In this document: piece after piece, positions 42,501-53,500 of the stretch
Layout of the letters: each line of letters begins with the position of its first letter
Position numbering within the stretch: the stretch's first letter is position 1
Source: Octopus sinensis
Lineage: Eukaryota
DNA: 64,000 nucleotides
Direction: 5' to 3'
NCBI RefSeq assembly: GCF_006345805.1
Contig: NC_043005.1
Span: 57,970,001-58,034,000, forward strand
Program-made: the position numbers and the translations under genes
The notes under the pieces: model-generated
The model's input: the letters and a program-made list of their open reading frames with translations, nothing else
What the model was told of the DNA's origin: nothing
Database searches by the model: none

Positions 42501-45500
42501 CAACTGACACTCAGCAAGGTAGTATTTTCCCATTATTTCCAACCAAGGAAGCATTTTCTCCCCATGGGGACATAAATTCACAGAAAATTGGAAACAAAAA
42601 ACATCACTCATATAACAGTGGCACATGTTCACAATTATTTCATATCAAACAAGGCAAGGAGACACCAGCACACACATAAATATAGGCAAATATGAAGGGG
42701 TTCTCTAAGTTTCCATCAACCAAATCAATGTACAAGGCATTAAGTGGTTGGCATTAGGAAGGGCATCCTGCTGTAGAAGCCTAGCCAAAACAGACAATCG
42801 GAGTCTGGCCAGCTGTGTGATAAGTAGCTTGCTTACCAGCCACATGGTCCTGGGTTCAGTCCCACTGCGTGGCACCTTGGGCAAGTGTCTTCTGCTTTAG
42901 CCTTGGGCTGACCAAAGCCTAGGGAGTGGATCTGGTAGACAGAAACTGAAAGAAGCCTGTCGTATATATATATATTTACGTATGTATGTATATGTTTGTG
43001 TGTCTGTGTTTGTTCTCCCACCATCGCTTGACAACTAAGCATCTACTTTCCATGCTAGCATGGGTTGGACGGTTCAACTGGGGTCTGGGAAGCCAGAAGG
43101 CTGCACCAGGCCCAGTCTGATCTGGCAATGTTTCAACGGCTGGATGCCCTTCCTAACGCCAACCACTCTGTGAGTGTAGTGGGTGCTTTTTACGTGCCAC
43201 CGACACAGGTACCAGACGAGGCATATATATATATATACATACATACATATACATATTGATATGTAATTGAACCATTTCATGAATCTGTTTTGTGTATTTG
43301 CACAAGTACAGTGTGCGTTTAATTTTATGGTGCTATGTTAGGAAGTTTTTAGACCCTGGCATCTTCTAGCATGTAGGCAACTTGCATACATACTTGTTTG
43401 CCCAATTTATAAATTGATTCATTTTACCTTAATTGGTGGATTGCATGATAACTACCTGATAAAATCTAATGTAAATGTTATCCTTAATTTTTTAGATATA
43501 TTTATAGTATATAATTTCACTCAAACCCAAATTATTCACTGCTAAATTATTTGGTTATTAACTTTTTTCTATTTTTAACAAATATATCTACCAAAATTAC
43601 ATAAAAATATCTTGAAATACTAAAGAGTAAATTTATTCAATAAAATTGCCATTGTCTCCAACCACAGCCTTCAAATGACTTTGGAATCTCCAGCAAGACT
43701 TCTGGACAGTTTCCTTGTTAAAGTTGATAAAGGCTGCCATAATCCTTGCCTTCAGTTCATTTTTGGTGTTACAAGGAATTTTGTCGGTCTCTCACTCAAC
43801 TGCACCCCACACATAATAATCAAGGGGGTTGCAGTCTGGGGAGTTAGGTGGCCAGATGTTAGAGATGATGTGGTTGCAGAAATTGGCTGACAGTCATGAC
43901 TGAGTTTTCCTGCTTGTGTGATATGGTGCAGAGTCCTATTACCAGACATAGGCTCTTCCAGCAGCTACTCTCTTGACCCAGGGCAGTACTACCTCCCTCG
44001 GGCACTTGATGTAGGCCTCTGTGTTGAGTCTGAGGCTGTGTGGGAAGAAATATTTGTATTGGAGCTTCCGGTGTGAATGCCAAGCAGTACAGCATGTCGT
44101 TTCTAAATTTCTAGCAGAGCAAATTGCATCATAGTGCTGTTTTCTTCACAGATGGTGCCCGACTGACCCTACTATACTGTGGAGTCGACAAAATTAAAAA
44201 CAATGCACATGCACGAAATTAAAGATATAAAATGACGACAATTTACCCATCGCATCCTGTATATAATATGTATGATGCATGTATACACCATCTTCATTAT
44301 CATTTTCATTTAACATTCACTTTTCCAAGCTTACATAAATGTATATATTCTAAAAAAAAAATAAGATGTTGCAGGTATGTAGCATGCAATTTGATGGAGA
44401 TTTCACCGTTATTTCTAACTGGTCAAGCTTCTCCATAGTGACCTTTTGCAGGCTTGTTGTAACTATTGTCTCTTTCAATTGGTATACATCTGTACTTCTT
44501 GGAATATACTGTGTTTCCTTTTGTTCTTTTAGCGATTCCAAATTTGAATCACAGCTAAGATTTTCTTTCAATAAAAGGCCACATTGTCTAACACCAGCTA
44601 TCATAGCTCTTGATGTATTAGACACTCCAACGTACATAATGAACTGTAATAAGACGCCTGATGGGAAAGAGATGGAGCGAAGAGAGGTAGGTGGTTAGTA
44701 CAGAGGTGTGAAGGAAGGAAGATATTGTTGCACAAAACTGAAATGCCAAAAGAAATACCAAGTAAAATAATGATTCTTTCATGAAAATGAAATCTAGTGA
44801 ATAATTGAATAATAATTTTTCCCCCTCTTACAACCAAAACTTGCTCTATAGAAACTGATTCCAAATGTTGGCGGCAATTGCTTTACAAATTGAAGAATGT
44901 TTCTGACTTTTAAAAGGAAAATCTTCAAGGTTTATATAATGCAGAACATATAAGGAACAGTAATAATAGAAGATGGATGCTTGTGGAGAAAAGTGCAACA
45001 GATTCTATGAACCATGGCTTTTCAGCTATCTCAAAAGTTCAGAATCGATTCACTTGTTTTCTGTATTTCTCCACACACGTCTTTTGAGCTTTTATATTTT
45101 TATATTGACCCACTGCAATTTAGCTTACACCTACATACTTTTAAATATGCATACAGACACTTTCAGACATGTGGACATATGTAAAAACATATGACTATAT
45201 ATATATATATATATATATACTAGCAGTATCGCCCGGCGTTGCTCGGGTTTGTTTCGACCCGTTGGAATTGGAATTTTTGAAAAGTAAAAATTTTGCATTA
45301 TGTAGCTTGTTATTCTCTTCAAGTGAACATTTTTCTGGTTGAAATACACCGAAAAGTGGCGACACAGCAGTGAAAAAATCGTAAAAAATAGGGATTTTCA
45401 TAGAAAAAAGCACCTTTTTGATGTAAATAATTTTTGGTGTTAACATGGTCTGATTTGAATTTTATCTTCTACGGAAGGAAGAGCAACCCTTCTATCATAC

Positions 45501-45685
45501 TCTCAATTTTGGTCAACTTACGCCGCAGGGTCTCGGAGGAGATAGTGTTAGTTGAAGGCTACCAAACCTGGCGCACACAGATAACTTCAGCTTTATATAG
45601 AGAGAGATAACACACACACACACACATGTATGTATGTATATATGTACATCTGTCCACTTCTTGCCATATTTTTATCCTTCACTTC

Positions 45686-45725
<40 letters not shown>

Positions 45726-46403
45726 ACAGACACACACACGCGCACGCACACACACACACACACACCACACACACACTCACACACAGACACACACACGCGC
45801 ACGCACACACACACACACACACACCTTCTTAGCTTACAATTTTCTTTCAACAATTGACACTGTCATATATGTATATGTTTGTGTGTCTATGTGTGTAAAA
45901 AGAAAGTGGGAGAAAGTGTGGTAATAGGCGGAGTAAAGCCTTCGAAGTGAGAGAGGGAAATCGTAAAATATTGAGTTTTCTCGAATTTTTGCTTAATTGG
46001 GGATCAAATTGAAAGAAATTTATATGCCATGACCGAGTGGAAGGTAAATTCCAATTGAAGAAATTGTGTGAGGAGTAAATCGTTATGTATTTATTTGTTT
46101 CTGTTTGCTCTGTATTTTTTTTTGAGTAGTGGTTTAAGGTACACTTGCAAAGAGAAAGTAGGAGAAAGTATGGTAATAGCAGGAGTGAAGCAGTTGAAAT
46201 TAGAGAGGCAAATTGTAAAATATTTAGTTTTCTCGAATTTTTGCTTAATTGGGGGTCAAATTGAAAAAAACTTTATATGCCATGACCCAATCGAATCTAC
46301 TTGTAAAAATCGTAGGTAAATTCCAATTGAAGAAATTCTATATTGTATAATTGTATTAAAAAGGAACATGGGAACAGGCCGAGAAAATCTGCCTTTTATC
46401 ATA

Positions 46404-46439
<36 letters not shown>

Positions 46440-47560
46440 CATACATACATATATACACCTATGCCAGCATTGCAACACATTTTCATGTGTATGTATGAAA
46501 ATGTGTGAGTATATGTGTGTGTGTGTATATATATATATATATAAATTGTAAGTAAATCATAAATCCAAATGAGAAGCACACTCTAAGTTATAGAGTAGTA
46601 GAGTAATTAAATAAAGATAGTTATGGCAGGTCTATAGGGTTACCCTGGGTTTCATGTCGATAAAGCGCTTAGCTTTACAGTATTTCTTCAGACCTTAATC
46701 TGCTTAGCTGTATGCCGTTTCTTCAGACTGTAATTCACTTAGCTTTATGGTGTTTCTTCAGACCCTAATCACTTAGCTTTACAGCACATCTTCAGACCCT
46801 AGGGTATGTGTGTGTGTGTGTGTGTATGTGTGCAAGGCAAAGTGTCTAGGAAGTTTGTATAGTGACCACATGGTTTTGGGTTCAGTCCAACTGTGTGGAA
46901 CCTTGGATTAGTGTCTTCTACAACATGCGTATATAAGTTTGTCCACGTAGATTTGTAAGCATGAATATGTGTGCATGTTGATATTCCATGCTAGTCACCC
47001 CTGAGATGAAACGGTGATGATGTTGACATTCATTGCTGACAATTGTTCAATTGTTTTGTCGTTTTCAAAGACCTCTGAAATAAAAACAAAACAAAACAAA
47101 CAAAAAAAAACGCCCCACAAAACAAAAGATCCTTACTTGAATAACATGTAAGGGCTGATGATAGGAAGAGCATCTAGCTGTAAAATCCTGCCTCAAATAA
47201 CTGCCAGTTCAGATAATTCTGACAGAAGATTATTACATTAAAAGTGCAACTGCCAGTGGAAACCTCACCAACTACAACTCAAAAAGTAGTTTTGTTCATT
47301 AAACACCAGGTATACTTGTTGTCAAAATTAGATATACATATATACACATATACATACATACATACATATATTGGCACTGACTGCATAGTTAAAACTCTTG
47401 TTCCTCAACAAGGTCTTGGATTTGGTCTCAGGACATGGTACCTTGGGCAAGTGTCTTTTACTTAGCCCAAGGCCTCTAATGCCATGTGAGAGAATTTAGT
47501 AGATGGAAATTAAAGAAGCCTGTCATCGACATATTATATATATGCATACACATGAGTGTG

Positions 47561-47598
<38 letters not shown>

Positions 47599-50500
47599 GT
47601 TTGATGTCCATGCTGAGCTACAGCTACAAACATCACAATTTGTAGATAAGCTGTATATACTGACATCACTATTTGTGGTTGGGCTGCAACTAGAGACGTT
47701 TTTGGGACATTTCCTGTCAACAAATCATCAGTTATATTAGCACTTCCAAATTCCTCAGGAATAAAAGATCCTTTGCTTGGAAAACAGGAGAAGGTTGGCA
47801 ACAGGAGAAGCATCCAACAATAAAAATCTTACCTCAAATACCACCCTACTTAACCCTTGCTTGAAAGAAAGAATAAATGTTTTCAGAGTCTCATGGAAGT
47901 GTGTTTATCATTTACCTTGTAAGAATATGTTTCCCAGGTTAAAAAATTGAAAGTGTTTCCTACAAAATGAAGCTATTTAGGAACAAAAGAAAAGTAGTGA
48001 ACAACAGAATGCTTGTTGGATACTATAAAGCAGTGACTGCCAGTAATTTTTTTGCACTGCAGACAGTGGGGAACCATGCACATAACAAAACACAATAAAA
48101 TGTATAAAATATAATATATAGATATTTTGTTTTTGTAATTGACTTGCATGGTTCTTGGTGTGAATTCATGAGTTGGAACAAATCTTGTTGTGTCTTGGGA
48201 GGGTCATGATGCCAATAATAATAATAAACACACACAAGTTCAACATCACTTCATTACTGTTAGTCAATCAGTTAAATATCTAACCGACTAACTCATTGAC
48301 CATTTGTTCAATTTACTGGTTAAACAATCAATCAGTTGCTTGTTTGTCAAAGTCCTCTCGTTTGCTATTCATGATAACATCAATGAAATGGAAAAGAGAG
48401 AGCAAGTCATTAATGAGGTTGTGAAACTGATTGATTGCTTAACTAACACATAAAACAAACTGTCGATAAGTTAGTTGCTTAGATATTAAACCAACTGACT
48501 TAAAATAAAGAAGTGACACTGAATCAGTGTGTGTGTTTATTATTATTGGTGTAATGTCTCTCTCAAAAACACAGCAAGATACACGGCATCACCAAAAGTG
48601 AACAATAGCATTGTTAAAAGCATGAAATTTTCATGATCTTTTGGATGATGACTGATGAAGAATTAGCTATGTCTTGTATGTGAATTTTCCATTTGTTGTG
48701 GCTCTTTTACTCTTTTACTTGTTTCAGTCATTTGACTGCGTCCATGCTGGAGCACTGCCTTTTAGTCGAGCAAATCGACCCCAGGACTTATTTTTGTAAG
48801 CCTAGTACTTATTCTATTGGCCTCTTATGCCGAACTGCTAAGTTGTGGGGATGTAAACATACCAACATCGGTTGTCAAGTGATATTGGGGGGAACAAACA
48901 CAGACACACAAACATATACACACACATACATATATATATATATACATATATACGACAGGCTTCTTTCAGTTTCCATCTACCAAATCCATTCACAAACACT
49001 AGTCAAAAGCAAAACAGTTGTGACATAAGCCACGTCTTTCTATTTGAACTTTTTGAAAAATAGTGTAAACTGTGAAATCGGTTAAAGCTTTAAATATGTC
49101 AAAAAAATATTTGAACTATTCTCAATGCATTTTCAACCCCTATTTTTCCTATATTTCTACTCGTGTGGAATAAAATAACTTTGTTTTATATATATATATA
49201 TATATATTACATATATGATAATTATATAATGCAAAAACACCCTGCAGACTGCAATAGACAATAAAACAGAAATAAGATTTAAAAATTCATTCTTTCTGTG
49301 AAACCCAGTATTGAACTCTGGCCTGATGGTTGAGAACCTCGGCTATAAAGCATCTGGTGTGACACTGACATTATCGACGTTGGATCCAACAAACATTTCA
49401 GTTACATTCCTCCTAATTAGCATTGGATTAAAACAATATCCAAATGTATCAATTGTTTCTGATGAGAAATGAGATGTCAATGTTATGGTGATAGGGGAGG
49501 TATGTTGAATGACAGTGGTTTATAAAAGAAAAATACCATTTCCACATACTTTTCATCGGTCCTTTTCTCAAGAGGGGACACTGGGCTGATGCCTTTTAAA
49601 ACCGGATCTGTGGAATCAAAAGTTGCACCTGGAAAAGAAATACACAAAATCACATTATATGTTATATATACACAGATATGTACATACACATATATATATG
49701 TACATATAAGTATGTGTGTGTGTGTGTGTGTGTGAGTGTATAATATACATAGATTAGATTTGAATCATTGGCAATTTTCTTCCTCTGTTTCTGAAGAAGA
49801 CCTTTGCTCAAAACGTTATACCATCTTTCTTTCCTTCCCTGAGTTTCTGCTAATACTTTACATGTACCATGTCCACCTGTTGTTGCTTTATATATATATA
49901 TATGTATATATATATATCATCATCATCATCATTGTTTAACATCCATTTTCCATGCTAGCATGGGTTGGATGGTTTGTCTGGGTTCTGGGAAGCCAGGAGG
50001 CTGCACCTGGCACCTGTCTGATCTGGCAGTGTTTCTACAGCTGGATGCCCTTTCTAACATCAACCACTCCACAGGGGCCAGAGGAAGACTTGTGAGTGGA
50101 CAGATAGAAATTGAGAGAAACCTGTTGTATATGTGTGTGTGTGCGTGTGTGTGTGCATGTGTGTGTTTATTTGTGTCTTTGTGTTTCTGTTTGTCCCCAC
50201 CACACCACTTGACAACCAGTGTTGGTTTGTTTAATCCCTGTAACTCAGCTGTTCAGGAAACAGAGTTCAATAGAATAAATACAAGACTTAAAGTTAAGTA
50301 CTGAGGTTGATTCATTCAACTAAACCCTTCAAGGTAGTGTCCCAGCATGGCCACAGTCCAATGACTGAAACAAGTAAAAGATAAAAGATATAAATCTCTA
50401 GACAGAGAAACTGGCTATGGGTTGGTACAGAATATTCATACAGCATGATTTATGAAATGGAAATGAGCCCACCTCTGTTTCCAGCAGATGTATATCCAGC

Positions 50501-53500
50501 ACCTCTTACAGCCGTCATTGGTCTTGCAGAGCCATCTTGAGGAGATATTCCGGTTCTAATAGGTCGGCCAAATGATGAAGACAGATTTGATCTTCCTCCC
50601 CATGTTGCTGTTCCTATAGGCTTTCGAGAAAATGTATCCCTAGGCACCATACCAGTCTGGAAAAGAAAGAAATCAACGTTGAAATCAAGGTCTCAATACA
50701 CTCAGTAATAAATATACCCCTACTGAGGCAATGTCATAGCAAACTCCTAGTTGTAGAGTGTTGTCACAGTGATCCCTTTTTTGAGGTAATATCATGGCCA
50801 CCCTCTAGCTATGTTGTCTTAGTGATCCCTTGGATACACAGTGTTACCATGGTGAACCTGTAGTTATAAGTTATTGTCACAGTGATCTCCTATTGAAGTA
50901 AAATCATGGTGTTTTTATGGTGAGACCCTATTGATGTATTGCTTGGTGAGTCCATAGTCATAGAATATAGTTGTGGTTCCAAAAGGTTGTGCCACAGTTA
51001 ATGCACTACAAGTGTACCATGAAAATAATACACGACACTAGTGCCATGAAAATAATATCATTATGGTTCTAAAAATAATGTGAAAAAGACAAACTTAAAT
51101 TCTATGCTACATTGTTGATAATGATGATGATGATGATGGTGGTGGTGTTGATGATGATAGTGATGATAATGACGATGACAATAGTGGTGGTGGTGGTGAT
51201 GATGACAACAATGATGATGATGGAGGTAACGATGACAATGAGCCCATTAACATTCACATCACCATTAACTGTGTTAAATATTCCGATGTACTCCCATAAA
51301 GAAGATTAGTGCCATCTTGTTTGAGATTTTTCACTCTAGCATTCCTAATACTAATGATGTTAAAATATGCTGATATATTCATATGTAAATGAGTGTCTTT
51401 TTTAACATTTGACCATTCAACATTTATAACAATAATAGATATATTAATCATTGTCATCAATAGCATCTCGCGGTATCAGGAAATTCATTCCATTAAATTA
51501 TCCTAGTGTTCTACGGTGGTTGTATAAACCTACTTTTGACTTAGAAGAACGCTGGCAACGAAGATTTGGGAATTGAAAGACATCCGAATCCAAGAATTGT
51601 TGTTATCAGCCATCAGTCATCTCATGCCTCTTTCTATCAATTTTCTCTTAACAGTTGCTCCCAAAAAAACAGTTGCACCAACCTGGAATGGTCTCCTCCT
51701 GAATGATCTATCAGAAGCATTGTTAGCATACAAGGAAATACTAATATTAAAGCTTTACATAAGACAGAGAGCTGGCAGAACCATTGGTATGCTGGGCAAC
51801 ATAACTAGCAGTATATCATGTCTTTATGTTCAAGGCTCAAATGCCATGCCATTGGGGTTGGCTTAGCCTTTCATCCTTTTGGGACTGACAAAATAAGTAC
51901 CAGTCAAGCACAGGGATCTAGTTGATTGACTTAGCCCTTTCTATGAAATTGTTGGCCTTCAACCAAAATTTTGAATCAGTATTAAAGCTTTAGAATGCAG
52001 GCTTTAGTTGATCCTTGTATCACCATCTCACAGCTCCTAATAGATGGCTGGATTCTTTCTCACAGTTCTTTGCACATAAACATCTTCAACAGTCAATGAT
52101 CTCATATTCATTAAATATGATGCATTCATAAATGAAATCAGCAATCTACAATACATTGTCCAAAAATTCCAGTCAATTGATCTTAATGGAGTTATGTCCC
52201 TTGCTTGTTGTTCTTAGAATTAACCCTTTCATTACCAAACCGCCCAAAGCCACCCGAAAAAAATTTTGGTTAATGTGACCAAACCGCACAAAGCCGCCCG
52301 AATTTACCTATTCATATTTAAATGAGAATATCAGAGCAAATCTCTTTAGTACATTCGTGAAAACACGTATTATACTTCGTAAACAGTTCAACTACAGTTT
52401 TGTACAATAATCGAAGTGTAATTTTAATTCCGTGAATTTTGGGAGATTTTTTTCCGAAATTTGTTCCTATTGTGTTTTCAAAATTTGTAATTCTGACAAA
52501 AAATGGATACGAATTTCATTATATCAAGCAGCGAGTCAGAATTTGAAGGATTTTCCATTGAAGACCTTCATAAATCTAACTCTATGACTGAAAAAAAAAA
52601 AGCACATGGTATTTGATAATGAATCTGATGTTTCATTTTCCGAAAGTGAAAACAGTGAATCCGAGATCTCCGACAGCGATAAAGAAAATGTATTGGCACC
52701 TGAATGGAGTGAAAATTTAAAAACTGTTTCTTTCGGTGATTTTTCTGAAGAAACTGGACCAAGCCACAGACTTTCCCAGGTAAGTAAAGCCTTAGACTAT
52801 TTCTTTTTACTTTTTTGAATGAGCCTATTTGAAATCATTACGGCGGAAACGAACTGTTACGCTAAACGTAAACAAAGCGAAAGAAACGATAGTTTGTGGT
52901 TTCCTACAACCTTAAATGAAATTAAGACTATTTTGCCATAAATATTATTATGGGTATCAGAAAGTTACCCAGAATAACAAATTCTATCGTAAAATTTTGT
53001 TGTATACCCAATTGAATATTAGCTAATAACCCATTTTCTATAGCGATGTTTGAACAAAATTTTAATAATTTTATATTTTGTTGAATTTACCTGTATCTAC
53101 CTGCAATTAGAGTCACTTTGTGACAAAAATTATAGTATAGAATTGGTTGAGAATATTTCATTAAATTATCTTCCAAAAATCAGATTAATAGATTGATAAA
53201 TAAAAAAGTTATAGTTGTTTAATGAAACCAGACTAAATTTATGATTACGTTAGAAATTAATTGAAACACATAAGGGGTGTATTTTGGTCAGAAATATAGT
53301 AACGAAAGGGTTAAACTCTCTTAGGAGTTGTTACCAATTAATTGTTTGGATAATCTCAGTCTAATGAAGTTTTTCCACTGACCTGTGTGAGACCATATGC
53401 TATTAAAAAGACCAGGTTTTTTCTGCAAGATATGTTGGGGTCTTGCTACAAAACAGTACAGCATATCTTTAATCAATTTTTTTCAACATTTAAACTAAAA

